The notes: a model not told the origin generated them from the letters alone. Positions 1 to 13,500 are shown, counted from the stretch's first letter. The stretch is 64,000 nt of DNA from Vicugna vicugna (GCA_013265495.1 MU057416.1:800545-864544); one strand, 5' to 3'. A program made the numbers and translations.

Positions 1-769
1 CAGCGGGAGACACAGGCAGACGGTCCCGATGGCTCCTTGTGCTGCAGGACCTGGCGGGGGATGGCACTCAGGCTGCTCTTCTCCCGAGGCAAGTTTGATT
101 TGATTTTGTTTTTTGATACTCGAAGGAAAAAGGAAAAAGCCAGTTGCTTGAAATAGGAAAGATGCTAAACATAAAAAAGCATGTGTAAGTGGCAAAGTCC
201 TTAGAGAGGTGGAAAGAATGCAGTAAAAGGATCAGCTTGAGACTCTGGAGACGCACACAAAGTGTGAGTGAGACGTACACAAAGAGAAGCGCTGGCGTGA
301 GGAGGGGCGGCCGGGGACAGTCACTGCGAGCCGTGGACGGACAGCCTGGTGACGCCACGTCAGTGTGGTCAGGGCCACACATGGCACATGGGGCTGGACC
401 CTGAGCCCAGAAGGGCAGAGGAAGTCGAACATGTTTTGTTTAGGAAGAAGGGCATCAAAGCCACGTGCTTTCCTTTACGTGCGGAAACCAGGCCGCTGCA
501 GCTGGTGGGCAGTCTCCCCCGCGTGTGAGTGTCCGACAAGAGAACAGTTTTCCCCTGCAGCCCCCCCCTCACTGGGCCGCCTCCAAACGTGAGCCTGGGA
601 AGCAGACGTGCTGTAACTCAGTTTACTTAGATGGAATGAGAATTCAACTCATGTTTCTAAGAAAAAGAATTCTATTTAAATCCAAGTAGAAAATTCCCAT
701 ACAGTTTAATCAATGCCTGGGAATATATTATTGTTTCTCCAGAGTCAGAGCACAAGTGGCATTTGCTGC

Positions 770-1200
770 ATGTAAGACTCAAGACTTGCAGTTCCAAGCA
801 GCAGAAAGCCGCGCGCACACAGGCTTATTAAGCAGAGGTTGCTTTGTGTCTTTTGGGTGAACCGGGCTCCCGCCCCATCCGGGGCCCCTTCTCGTCCTCC
901 TCCAGATCCCTCTCTCTCCCTCTTTCTTACTTCATCTCTGAAGTCATCTTTCTACTTTCAGCTTTTTTGTCAGACAAGCTCCCTTAGTGGTACCCAGTGA
1001 CCACCAGCATCTCATGGTTACATTCTATAAGCTTTAAGTCTAAAGAAAAAGAAAAGCATTTCTTCCTTATGTCAACAAAAACGCCGCAGTTGTGTTTCTC
1101 TCGCTCTGACTGGCTGGCTTGGGACACACGACCTTCCATCACCCTGCGATGTGTTCCCAGTGCTCAGATCCAGAACACATCCAACTAGGACCTCCCCCTC
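770..1200 (-). mobile_element. Degraded MaLR (MLT1-like) LTR
   Basis: Stretches such as 'cagttccaagcagcagaaagcc' and 'tctgactggctggcttgggacacacgacc' resemble the antisense of old MLT1 LTRs (from memory). Heavily diverged. Confidence 0.35.
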
Positions 1201-1399
1201 CAACCAGGGATGGGGAGAGGAAATCAGGACGTCAGTCGTAGGTGACGAAGTAACGGGTGCTGTTGAAGTCACAGCGATGTTCGCTGTAATGAAAAACATT
1301 TAAGTACAATTTCAGTGCTTTCATCTGCTCTCCAGTTTTGGATTCAGAGTGAAAATGTCTCCAGTCAAAGAGAATATGTCCGTGGCTTTTTAGACTCAC

Positions 1400-1427
1400 C
1401 GTCTTTAAGTGGCACTTTGAGTAAGGA
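1400..1427 (-). other. Candidate 28-nt exon of an unidentified minus-strand transcript
   Basis: Minus strand: long pyrimidine tract ...ccttctgcttgttttcaatacag | TCCTTACTCAAAGTGCCACTTAAAGACG | gtgagt. Splice signals only. Confidence 0.3.
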
Positions 1428-1669
1428 CTGTATTGAAAACAAGCAGAAGGTAATAAGAAAAAGAAAAAAAAGCATAGCCTAACATAAGCTAAGGTAAAGT
1501 TAGAATATTTTCAATGACGGCTAACTAGAATTATTCTATAATTACTCCACCATAGCCCTGAGAGTGAGTCACCAAGGACTGAATATTTATAAGCTTTCTG
1601 ACCTCAAAAAATTCAAAATCATAAATGAGGTCACCTAAGGAGACTGTGGAAAACTTCCATGCAACTTAC

Positions 1670-1803
1670 TGGCAGATGATTTTAGTTCTTATTTCAACAA
1701 GCTTGGTATGAAATGCATGCCATCTGGTTACTGGGAAAATTCTAGGCCCTATTAACTGCTTGTGTGAGAGGCATTCCTGCCATTTAGTTGTAAATGATTG
1801 CAC
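1670..1803 (-). other. Candidate 134-nt exon of an unidentified minus-strand transcript
   Basis: Minus strand: ttttttccatttgcag | GTGCAATC...ATCTGCCA | gtaagt. One open frame (VQSFTTKWQECLSHKQLIGPRIFPVTRWHAFHTKLVEIRTKIIC). Peptide not recognised. Confidence 0.3.
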
Positions 1804-2469
1804 CTGCAAATGGAAAAAAATCCACATCTTATCACTTGCTCCTAGGGCTGGAAGATTTGATGACACAATACTGCCATTTCATCCACTTTTAGAGTCTGTG
1901 TCTGATCAGTACAGCTGTTCTCCCGCACTGGTTGAATATGCTGCGTTGTGCGCCAGCACGCAGACTTGCCGGGGGAAATTGCAAGTAGCACTAAATGTGA
2001 AGACTGAAGTGGTCCCGTCTCATCTCTTGAAGGCAATTCTATTTCATGGTAAGACGCGGGTACTTCTCTTTTTGATTTTAACCCTGTCAGAGAAGTCTCT
2101 TTCAGGAAAGAAGCTGTTACACAATTCTGTCTGTTCCATGCTTGACTCACGTGAAATTGTGGGCACATCTCTGCCTAAGACAGGGTCGTGGGGTCTAGGA
2201 GGCACAACAGAGAAATCTGCATGACAGCATCACTCTCCCAGTGAGACAGCGGAGATAATCCATGCCTCCAGCCTCAAACAGGGAGATGCAGACTTTACAA
2301 CTGAAAACCCTGTTACAAGGAGCCTTGCAATATACTAGGGTCCACGTTGTGGATCCAGCCTATGTCTCACTGGTGATGCACTGGATGTTGCCCTCAATGT
2401 CGTGAAGCCAGCAGACAGCAAAGAAGTTCTCAGGACAATGCGAAGGTGATGGAAGTTACACTGTAGATG

Positions 2470-2600
2470 CACTTTATTCATATCCTAGCTCTGCCACTTA
2501 CTAGCAGTGAAAATGTCAGAAAATTACTTGCATTTTTACGAGTTTTGAGGGTTTTAGTTCCTCAAAAGAAGATTAAATACCATTATCCTGGGCAGATGAG
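2470..2600 (+). mobile_element. MIR SINE fragment
   Basis: 'atcctagctctgccacttactagcagtg...aaattactt' matches the MIR core. Confidence 0.55.
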
Positions 2601-2606
2601 AAGGGG

Positions 2607-2848
2607 TTTTTTTTTTTAATTGAAGTATAGTTGATTTATAATGTTGTATTAGTTTCATGTATACAGAAAAATGATTCAGTTCTATATATACATACACACA
2701 CACATATATATATATATCCGTAGGTTGAAATAAGAACTGAAATTACAGGTTATTACAAGATACTGAATACAGTTCCCTGTGCTCTACAGTAGGTCTTTGT
2801 TATTTATCTGTTTTATATATAGTGATGTGTATCTGTTAATCCCAAACT
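2607..2848 (-). mobile_element. L1 3' end (cetartiodactyl/camelid type), antisense
   Basis: T-tract then 'aattgaagtatagttgatttataatgttgtattagtttc...acagttccctgtgctctacagtaggtc', the reverse complement of the L1 3' UTR seen at 3760-3952. Confidence 0.9.
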
Positions 2849-3952
2849 AGAGTTATGGAAATAAAAGTAAAACAAATGGGACTTAATTAAACTTAAAAGC
2901 TTTTGCACAGCAAAGGAAACCATAAACAAAATGAAAAGACAACCTAGAGAATGGGAGAAAATATTTGCAAATGATGCAACTGACAAGGAATTAATTTCCA
3001 AGATATACAAACAGCGCATATAGCTTAATATGAAAAAATAAACAACCCAATTAAAAAATAAGCAAAAGATCTAAATGGATATTTCTCCAAAGAAGACATC
3101 CAGATGGCCAACAGACATGTGAAAAGATACTCAGCATCGCTAATTATCAGAGAAGTGCAACTCAAAGCTCAGAATGGCCATCATCAAAAAGTCTACAAAT
3201 AATAAACTCTGGAGAGCGTGTGGAGAAAAGGGAACCCTCCTGCACTGTTGGTGGGAATGTAAACTGGTGCAGCCACTGTGGAAAATAGTGTGGAGGTTCC
3301 TCAATAAATTAAAACTAGACTTACCATGTGATCCAGCAGTCCCACTCCTGAGTATACATCCAGAAAAGACAAAAACTCTGATTCAAAAAGACACATGCAC
3401 CCCAGTGTTCACAGCAGCACTATTTACAACAGCCAAGACGTGGAAGCAACCTAAATGTCCACCGACGCATGAATGGATAAACAATACGTGGTGTATATAT
3501 ATATATACACACACACACACAATGGAACAGTACTCAGCATAAAAAGAATGAAATAACGCCATTTGCAGCAACATGGAAGGACCTGGAGATTGTAATAACA
3601 AGTAAAGAAATCAGATAAGACAAATATTTAGATAGTATTTTAGATGGAATCTAACAAAATGATACAAATGAACTGATTTACAAAACAGAAATAGACTCAC
3701 AGACATAGAAAACACTTATGGTAACCAAAGGGGAAATTGGGAGGTAGGGATAAATTAGGAGTTTGGGATTAACAGATACACATCACTGTATATAAAATAG
3801 ATGAACACCAAGGACCTGCTGTACAGCACAGGGAACTGTATTCAATATCTTGTAGTCACCTATAATGGAAAGGAGTCTGAATTATAACTGAATCACTTTG
3901 CTGCACACCAGCAACTAATACATTATAAATCAACTATACTTCAATTTAAAAA
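2849..3952 (+). mobile_element. 5'-truncated L1: end of ORF2 plus 3' UTR
   Basis: ORF 3174-3542 gives the L1 ORF2 C-terminal motif '[22 protein letters not shown]...TAKTWKQPKCP'. The 3' UTR ends 'aaatcaactatacttcaatttaaaaa'. Confidence 0.95.
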
Positions 3953-5329
3953 TGCCTTATTTAATTTTAAATTGAAGTTGAAGAGAACAAACCACCTTCC
4001 TGTAAACATCTGATGTTCTATTAGTGTGGTTTATGAAGCACAAATACCTTGAAGAATTTAAACTATGTTTCAACTACCTATTCAATTCTTCCTACAAATT
4101 TTTCAAAGATTCTTTGACATTGTTCAGTAATTATTGTGAAATGCAAAAAAAAAGCAATACATTTTCTAGCTATCAGGGAGTTACTATTTTGCAGTTCATG
4201 AAATGGATATTATGATGTAGAGTTGATATATTTAATTAAATTTTTCAAAAGCAGCCCAAAGAAATGGTCAAAACTCAACAAGGTATGTCGAATACATAAA
4301 GTTTTCCATTAAAGAAAAGGCATGCCAACAAAATAAAGGCCCTGTTGACTGAGAAACAGTTGACGTTAAAACTGCAAAGGAAAAACCCCAAATTATTTTC
4401 ATAACTAGTCTGCTGGAGCAGTATTCGGCAGCCAACTTAACCAGCATTATTTGCATGTGTCAGCATAACGGGGCTCGGAGCTCTCAGCCTTGTTCAGTCC
4501 CGTATCTCAACTGCTCACCTAACTAAGAAGCCAGGAACACATCTTGCAAACTGTTGCCCTCGGCTTTGCTTGGCTTTCCAGCTCATCAACATTCACATGC
4601 TACTCATCTAGAACTAAAAGTAAGTCAAGTTCGTTCAACAGTTATTACGGCTGAAAATTTGGTTTAAACTGTTCTTTTGCCAAGTAGATGTCTAAGGCAA
4701 AACGAACCAAAGGAAGAAAATGCGTAAAGAATTATCAAGTCAGAGATGAAAGCTCCTATAATCAACTCTGAATAATTCACAAAGAAACATCTATTTTATT
4801 TATCAGACTACTTATCACTATAATAAATTTGATTTATTTCTATAATGAAATTTAACTCGCTGCAATTCTCGCCTTGATGTGCATTGAAAAATACAGGAAA
4901 CAAACATGGTTGATGACTTCCAAGAGTTTATAATCGAAAATACATACTGTTCATAAAAATACTTCACTATAATAACTAAATGAAACACATGAATATAAGG
5001 CACCAATACCTTTGCCACAAATGTCCCACTAAGCAGTCCAGTGACATCACCTCTGCCCAACACCTGCTGAAACCACAGTGTCCCCAGTCCCTCTTAGGAC
5101 CAAATGCCTAGTAATTTAAAATATTCCTGATTGTAGGAAAGTAAAACATTTATACCACATGTGATTTAAAACCTCCAGTGGGTATCTTATAATTAAACAC
5201 ATTAACATCTTCACAAGGACGCATATGACTATTGACTCTAAGTGGCGTAAGTAATGCCTAAATTTCCACGTTATTTCAGATCAGGACTTACTACTAAGTG
5301 AATTCATTCAGATTCATTTTTAAATGTTG

Positions 5330-6185
5330 AAGTTTTTAATTAATAGGCAAGCCGCAGACTATGGGAAAACAGTATTTGCAATACATGCATCTGGTAGAGA
5401 GCTTATATCCAAAATATATATAAAGAACTCTAACAAATCAACAATTGAAAAATTCTACAAAAAATAGGCAGAAAAGTTATACACCACTTCATAAACAGAA
5501 TACACAAATGGCCAGTAAGCACCTAGAAAAGTGCTCAACATTCATCGTCAGGAAATATAAACTAAACATCCAGTGTGACACCATTTCACATCCAGTACAG
5601 TCCCCAAAGTCCCGAAGACCTGGCCAGCCCAGCGCTGGAGACGCAGAGCGACCAGCGTCTCCCACGTTGCTCGTGGGCGGGGAAAGCGGTGGCACTACTG
5701 CAGAGAACGACTCTGCACTTTCTCACCAAGTTAAAAAAGATTACATGACCCAGCAACTCAGCTCCCAGGTATTGACCCAAGAAAAGCAAAAGTAAACGTC
5801 CACAAAGAGAGACTTGTACAAGGACGGCCCCCTCCGCGTTATTCACAACCGCCAACTACGGGAAGCAACCCGGATGCTCACCGAGGCTAGACGGTCTGCT
5901 GTAGTTAGAGTGCCCGCGACTCGGGAGAAAGGGGCGCACTGCTCTTCGCCTGCGTGAGAGCTCAGCCACAAGGGCAGCACACCGCGTGGTGAGGTCTGCC
6001 AACAGGCAACCCTGACCGGGGCTGAGGGGACCAGAAGACGGCGGCTGGGAGGGGGACCCGCCTGCACGATACGGAAACCATGGGGTGCTGGGAACGGTTT
6101 GCATCCTGCTTTGGAACTGTGGGAAGTCACACAGGTGTACCCTAACTGAACACTTAGGATCTGCTATTTTATAAAAATTCTATGT
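5330..6185 (+). mobile_element. Old L1M (L1MB/ME-like) ORF2 end and 3' UTR, GC-shifted at ~5600-6100
   Basis: 'cttatatccaaaatatatataaagaactc', 'caaatggccagtaagcacctagaaaagtgctcaacatt', 'atgacccagcaactcagctcccaggtattgacccaagaaa' are L1 3' landmarks. Confidence 0.8.
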
Positions 6186-7169
6186 CAATTTGTTTCAACT
6201 CTGCTTTCAGAGTTGTTTTGAGTTTGGAATCGCAGGTAAAGGACTGCAGGTCTGTACCTAATGCTTCTTTTCTGCTAAATCTTGCCGCCGATGGAAGGAC
6301 TTGCATGCATTCTGCAGCACAGACGAATTGCGCTGCTAAGAACTGCTGGCCTGGGGTTTCTGTACGGACTGCCCTGACAGACGAACCTTACGCAGCCGGG
6401 TTTGGTAAGCTGGCTAGGCTTACTTCAGAGACCGGAGACGATGTGGGTTAGTTTTTGAAGCCGCCAAGTACACCTCAGTCTAGCAAACCCGGTGTCTAGT
6501 ATTTACAGCTTAGAGCAAAGGCCCTGTATACCTCCTCCAGATCAGACCTTGTTAACTGTCCTACTGACACGGAGACAGAGAAGCTGGGAGCTGCGACTTC
6601 ACGTGTTCACACTCATTACTGAGAGGGCCACAGGTGGGGCGCCTGCTGTTCACGTCTCCTGGGGTCCAGTCACACAGCAAAGCTCAGCCCTGCACTTCCT
6701 GTTTGGATCGCATTCCGTTTTGTGGAATAAACACACCACTCCCGTGGGAAGCCGCTTCCAGTGGGCAGGTAGACCAGTTGCTGCAATTACGATTCTTTGG
6801 GGGATAACTTAATGATGACTTTCCAACCAGCTTTGCTGTCTTCGTTTAAGTGCTGGCTTGGAAGAGGGTGAAAAGCCAGGACTATCTCTTATACAGTCAT
6901 CAGAAGCCAAATGTTTGCATCTCTGCATGTTTTTATCCGAAAGAAAACACAAGCCTGGAAAACTATCAAATCACGTTGTATGATGTGCTCCTTACAGCTC
7001 ACTGAGAAGCGTCTCCTCGTCTACTTTATGATCTCCTTGTCTTTAGACTGTGCTCTACTGGGTGAGCGGCAGAAAGCAGACAAAAACCTATGCATACTGA
7101 TGATAGTTACGTTATAAACTACATTACTTACACAACTCTTAAGACAATTCACTGTTTACTCCTGAAAGC

Positions 7170-7510
7170 AGGAGGCGACGTGGGACAGAGGAAACCCCTC
7201 GGGTCTGAGGGCAGCCATCCTTCCAGCCGTGGAACCAGGGACACTTCCCTGACTCCATTTCAGTCCTGGTTTCCTCATTTGTGAAGGAGGGTGACAGTAT
7301 TTACTTCAATAACTACCTTCGAGAGTTACTGAGAGAATCGACGAAGACCCTGTAAATGTCGAGCAGAAAAGTGCCATATTTAACTTCTCTTGACAAATTG
7401 TTAAGCAAACTATTCTGTTTCGTTTCGCCCCAATTTCTCATCTGAAAAATACAAGTAATATCAGCCCCTGCCTTGCAGGGTGAAATTGATACATACAGCA
7501 GTGGACACTG
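7170..7510 (+). mobile_element. Two MIR fragments
   Basis: 'ggtttcctcatttgtgaaggagggtgacagtatttac' and 'caatttctcatctgaaaaatacaagtaatatcagcccctgccttgcagggtg' match the MIR core. Confidence 0.55.
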
Positions 7511-7739
7511 TGGCTGGCCCAGAAAACAAGTCAAGAGAAAGCAGGAAATATTAGCACTGTTTCTCTCCATCCCTCCCACCCACTGTTGCCTCCCACACCC
7601 CGGTGCTCTGCATCTTCATCCATCCCTGCGAATGAAGGTCCGGAACCGCTCCAGGCGGGGACGAGCACTGGCCTGACCCCTCGGTCCTTGCCACACGCAA
7701 ACATGGCGACAACAGTTGCCCTGAGCGCGAGTCTGTCAC

Positions 7740-7850
7740 GAGCAGACACTATACTGCTTATGTGCATCGTGTCATTTAAGCCCAACAAACCCACGCGATG
7801 CCTGTGGTATTATCCTCGTTTCACAGAGGCAGAAGCTTTCAACGTGAGCC
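7740..7850 (-). mobile_element. MIR fragment
   Basis: 'tcatttaagcccaacaaacccacg...tattatcctcgtttcacagaggcagaagct' is antisense MIR core. Confidence 0.5.
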
Positions 7851-9924
7851 TCTCCCTGAACAAGCCGCAGTGAAGACCTAACCCCAGCCTGATGGCTCGG
7901 GCAGCGGAGTGTGTCACCAAAATGCAGCGAGGGCTCCTCGGGGAAGGGCTGATTTCACCTGGGAGTTGGCCTGGGGGCTGCGGGCAGACCCTGCGCACGA
8001 GTGGTCCCCTCGCGCAGAGGAGAATCGGCGCGCCCCTCCTGCGCACATCCGACTGGGGCAGAACCGCCTTCCCCTCTGACGATCCCCAAAGCCCAAGGGA
8101 GCCCTTGGTGCCCACCCTGAGCTACGGCGATGGGTGCTGAGCTGCGAGTCCTGCTCAGACTCCGCTGAATCCCCCCAGGAGACCAAGCACAGCCAACATA
8201 GAGCAAGTCAGCGCCCTGCATAAAGCCTCGGAGGCACCACCGACTCAGATGGAACAATGACTCCTCCCAGAACACATTCCCAAGGTGGAGTCAGTCCTGA
8301 AGCAAATTCATCACACAAGGGTATTTCACGCAGAATTACTTACAAGAGTACAAAATCAAAAACACAGAGTCCAACAAAAGGAAAAATTAAATTGTGGGAA
8401 AACCTTAACATGGGCTATTATATAAATCTTAATAAGGGATGCTTTCAAAGGTTATTTGATAACTGAAAATTACCTATGAAAAACTTAAAAATTAAGTGAA
8501 AAAGCACTTGTGTGTGTGTGTATATATAATGTGGTTTGTATAGATAACATGACCACAACTTGGCACCACAAAAGTTAAACGCACATAAAACATATAAAAA
8601 TATGTATATATACAATTAAATGCACACAAGTCTATAAAGACAGAAATAATTCTAAAATATGAATGATGACTATCTCTGACAAGCTCTCAGATTTTTGTTT
8701 TTCTTTTACTTCTATATATTTTCTTTTATAAATAACAGAATATTCAAAATTACAAACTACACTCTAGAGCTAAAAAGTAATCTATATTGTGAACGTGTGT
8801 GCACCTCTGTTGCCGAGCAGAGAGGGAGAGCGACAGATCAGCCGGTCGATAGGTGAGTCGGCAGACATGGAGGACAGGGGCATTTCGTGCAGAATGACTT
8901 CACGCACACACGCATAGTAGGTGTGCACGTGTCCACAAGCTTCCACTTCACAGAGAGACAGCTGAACCCTGGCTTTGCCCTTTCCTGCCTCACAACCACA
9001 GGCCACTTGTCTCATGGCCCAGGGCTTTACCTCTTCGTTTCTGACGACAGTTCCCGCTGCTCAGCGTCACTGACAGGACCAGAGACAGCACGTGGAAACG
9101 CAGAAACAGACTAGGATGTCATGGTTGCTCGACAAACAGCAGCTCTCCTCACCGTCGCCACATCCCGCCCTGCGTTACTGCAGCTTGATTTTTATGTCTG
9201 TATTAATCATTTACAGCCTCAGATGACAGGGGTCATCTTTTTCCCTGCAGCACCAAGCATATAGTTCCGTTAAGAGCAAATCTTCAATTACACCCCCTAA
9301 ATAAAGAACAGGCAATTAAGGCATAAGTGGAAACCACTCCCGGTGTCCACGTGGTCACTGTCTACAGCCGCACACAGCCCGGGAGAGACGTCACACACGG
9401 GGACGCAGGGGCGGGGCTCCACGTCCCCTCTGCTGCCAGTAACTTCGGAACATGGTGAACGATGCTGGGCTTGGAACTCTTTCTCATAAGAAAACTTGAA
9501 TAAGTAGAAGGCACTGTGCAAAGCAAGCTGGTTCCACCTCCCAAAATATTTATAATTTAAGATAGAGACTTTAAATTGGGGTAAGGCACTTACTAATACA
9601 AATTATCTTTCAGCCTTCTCTTCTGAAGCATAGGTTTCTCTGCTGATTTTCAACTGTGTATACATGTATTTCAAACTATGATTACTTTCAGGGTCCAATA
9701 GATTGAAGAAATCCTGGCAACAGAATAAAGTCAAACTTAACATTTGTCATAAAAATTGCCCACCGAAGTATATATCTAATGCTTTAACCCATGATCGTGT
9801 TTTCTTTTTCCAGTGATCATTAATTTTTGGATTGTTTCATATTTTTCTGTGTCACAGTATAAAAGATTGTATTCCCAAATCATGTGTCATGTTTGCACAT
9901 TTTAGGAGATGTTCTCTGAACCCT

Positions 9925-10080
9925 GGTCTAGTGGAGAGAAAGTGGTCTTAGAAGCAGAGGCGGGGACTCAGCGCAGCGCTCCCACTCACTGGGTGTACTG
10001 ACTTGGCAGGCAGGTCCCGTTGACTTGTCTCCTCATTTGTAACATATCAATTAAAATGTCACCTTTTAAGAAATAAAAAT
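9925..10080 (+). mobile_element. MIR fragment
   Basis: 'gctcccactcactgggtgtactgacttggcagg...tctcctcatttgtaac' resembles the MIR core. Confidence 0.45.
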
Positions 10081-12739
10081 CATTTAGTCTGTGAGCTTGT
10101 AACCAATGAAATTAAACAAATGTGGTACCTCTGACATGTGTTTCTCATCTGTGACATTTCTGAAATATCACGTCCTGATAAACAATGTGTTTTATCTCGA
10201 GTAGTTGAAATAATGCTTTGGAATCAGTCCTAGAAAAGTAACTTCTACAGACTCATTGCTAAAATTTGCATTTGCAACATGAAATAAATTTTCTTCCTGT
10301 GAAATTGTGCTGAGTCCTTAAGTATCACTTTTTGTAATCTGTGAGCTTCTTTTACCATTATATGTGCTAAAATTAAAGACAGGGGAAAAAATTGGCACAC
10401 TGGCTAATAAATCCATATTAATAAATTATTGACTATAAATAACTTAAGTGTAAGATGGTATCTTGGTTGTAAATGGTCTTTATGTGAAAAGAATTTACTC
10501 ACAGTAAAAAAAAAAAAACATTTCGTCTGTGAGGACTAAATGAGATTGTATATGTGGAAGTATTTTAACGGACATAAATGTTTTTATGACCATCAGTGTT
10601 TTAAATATGACTCACCCCCCCCACACACACACCCCGCATTTGTGCTTCAGAACACTAGCTACTTGTATTTAAATCCCACGTCAGAAGCCCCACAATCTGG
10701 CTCCATCTGTGTCCTACGCTCACTGCAGGTCAAGTTCCTTCTGGCGTCCCCGCCCAGCCCCTGGTCTCCATTCCCTCCCTCGCGCTTCTGTGCTCTCTCC
10801 TACCTCGTCTACAATGCCTCAGCGTTGTTGTCAATGCCTCAAAAGCTTCTCCCCAGCCTTCCGCTCTCCGCTTGTCACTCTTTACAGGAGTCCCCAGATC
10901 CCTGTGGCCTAAAGGAGCCCTCCTGCCACAAGGCAGCAAAGCGCCAAGCAACCCTCCTTCACTGATGTTGTCACATGTCTTCTTTTCACCAGGCGATGTC
11001 TACTAGTCACTCATCAAACGGCTGCAAGAGCGACGAAGCAGCAGCTCTTTACAGGCCTGGGTCAGGTAAGACTTCCCCGGGGCCAAAAGCAAGCTCCAGG
11101 ACCCGGCTAAGCCCAGTGCCGCTGCAATGGCACTGTGCTGCGGCATGAGCGACGTGACCTGGGACGTTACTTAAGTGCCCTTGCTTGTTCTCTCAGAGAC
11201 TGTGGGCTACATCGGGGACTACTGACAACTGGCCTACGTCAAATTCGCTGGCTCAAGTAACTGGGAAGGGAACATGCCTGCCCTGCGGCCTCCTCTGTCT
11301 AACCCGTCACAGCATCTGCTGCCGTAGACCCCGCCTCCCTCCTGTTACTAGACATGGACCACCTGTTTTCCTATAAAACCCTCCGAGCCTGTGCCCTCAG
11401 CGCCATCCTTCTCTCTCCTGCCTGAGGAACGGGATCCAGCAATTCTTCCTTCTCACTCATGTAGCACCAATTTTTCTCTTTCTTCCTCATGGTCTTAAAA
11501 ATATTTTATGATTTCTTTTGTCTTGAAAAATAAAGTAATTTTTAAAAAATGGAATCCCTGTCCCCAGCCAAATGCTCCCTTATTTAATTATTTCCCTTTG
11601 AAGCAAAACTCTACAACGGAGTTGTCCATCCTCGCTCTCGGCCTCCCCCTCCTCCCGTCGTCTGCTGGCTGCACCTTAATCGACCTTTTGCCGTGGCTAC
11701 TTCAGTGAACCACTTCCAGGAAATGTCACCTTTCAGGGTCATCAGTTGTTTCCACGCTGGCCCACGTGACAACGGTTGTTCCTTCCCCCCCCCCCGATGC
11801 ACTCCCTTCACTTGCCTGATGGAGCCCCCCACCCCCCGCTCTGGGCGTGCCTCCAGCTTCACAGCTCAGCCCTTCTGTTACCAAGGCTGCTGCCCCGGAA
11901 CCACACCTGCCCCTCCCTCCAGTGGAAACCAGTTCCTCTTATCTAAGTTTCAGGAGGCAGCTGCTAAGAGAAACACCAGAACTGACTAGACCAGCAGGGC
12001 CCAAGGCGGCAGAAGATCTGACGTCCAGTGGACCTTGAGTCTCATTACACGCTCCCTGTAATGCACAAGCTGCTAAATGACACTCCCACCAGCGCCCTGA
12101 CAGGGCGGCTGCCATGGCAACAACCAGAAAAGCCCATAGGGGACCGCAAAGGAGAGGTGCCTCCGTCCTGGGCCAAGACCACAGCCCTGTTCTCGTGAAT
12201 GTTCCGTGGAGAAGTTGCCTTGCGCACTAGGTTCCTGCTTCTCCATTCTTTGACCCCGGAATAAAACTTGTGCCGTTCCAGGCTCAACGTCCGTTTCACT
12301 GTTGGCTGCGCAGGTCCCATCGGAGAGGACCCTCCCTGGCGGAGGCAGGGCTCTCAGCCCAGGCTGGGACCGGGCGCGGCTCCAGTCAACCCGCTGGCTG
12401 GCACGGCTCAGAGGAAGCCCCCGCGGCACCGGGAGCTGCTGGCGGGGGCCCAGCCCGCGCGCCGCCCGCGGCCCTCGACCTGCAGTCCTGCCTTGGCCAG
12501 CTCATCCCCGCTCCTGCCACTAGACGCCACTTTCACTCCCTCGCCCACTAAGCTTCCTCACTCCAGACTCGCACATCTAGCTCCTCACCACGTATCTGCT
12601 CAGGTGACACACTCGTCCTGGGCAAAGCTAAGCTCCTGCCCTGCCCCCTCCCTTCCCGCCTCCATGAACAGCAGTGCCATTTGCTAGCTGCTCGGGGGTG
12701 GGGGGAAGCTGTCATGAGTGAGCCTCCCCTCCCTTCCTA

Positions 12740-13500
12740 CTTCCAACCAGCCCCTCAGGACTCCCTGCTGGCCCTGGATCCAGGTGCACGTTCAGCCACT
12801 TTCTCACCCTGGTCTGAGTCACCCGCAGTGACCTCCTCCCTGGACTGCAGACGCAGCCTCCTTGTCAGCCTCTCACTGCGCTTCCGCTGCTGCTCACCCT
12901 CATCATCCCTCTCGAGAAATCCTTTAAACGTGTAAGTCGGATTATTTCACTCTGCCGCACAAAACCTCGCGGTGGCTGCTCATTTCACACAGATAAAAAC
13001 AGAGCTCCCACGAGGGCTACGTGGCCCCATACCACCTGGACAACCCCTTTGCTTCTCAGACCCTTTCCCTTTCAGGTCTCCCCTCCCTCAGCCCCAGCCG
13101 CGCCGGCCACCTGGTCCACCCGGCACTCACTCGCCGTTCCAGCTCCCTGGACCACTCTCCCCAGACGCCCACTTGGCTCACTCCATCACCTCTTTCAAGT
13201 GTGTCAGGTATCTGCTCCAGCGCCCGCCTGGGCTCTTCTTTAAACCAAAACCCGCCTGCTCCCCTTCTCCCAGCTCTGCTCCTTCCTTCCTCACCTTCCT
13301 CCATCCCCTCCGTCCCGCAGGACTGACCACCCTCTGACACACCATGTAACTTGCTCACTTAACACGTTTATCGTTCGTCTCTCCCTGCTAGAATGTACAT
13401 TCCACGAGGCCAGCACTGTTAACTGTTCTGCATCCCCAGAATCTGGAACAGCGCTTGGCACTCGACGTGGCAGGCACTCAGTAAGGATCTGACGGATGAA
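12740..13500 (+). mobile_element. L2 LINE 3' portion
   Basis: Canonical L2 3' end 'ctccctgctagaatgtacattccacgaggccagc...ctggaacagcgcttggcac...ggcactcagtaaggatctgacggatgaa'. Upstream 'cctggactgcagacgcagcctcc', 'tttaaacgtgtaagtcggattatttcactct'. Confidence 0.8.

Noticed and set aside
1760..2224. 154-aa plus-strand ORF with an internal AG...GTAAGA exon-like segment
   Set aside because: No recognisable protein, non-ATG start and no partner exons.
3174..3542. ORF with HCWWECK motif (also 17423, 24444, 28980; related ORF2 end at 52720)
   Set aside because: Fragments of L1 ORF2 in truncated copies, not host genes or active elements.
6820..6865. Hairpin ttccaaccagc...gctggcttggaa
   Set aside because: The stem is only about 11 bp with a bulge and a large loop, compatible with chance.
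10130..10480. Possible DNA transposon relic
   Set aside because: AT-rich and suggestive, but I found no terminal inverted repeats or family landmark.
10993..11065. Plus-strand exon-like segment with good splice sites (similar cases near 32556-32731, 33192-33228 and 61637-61807)
   Set aside because: Isolated, peptides unrecognised and no consistent gene model. Pseudo-exons of this quality are common in mammalian DNA.
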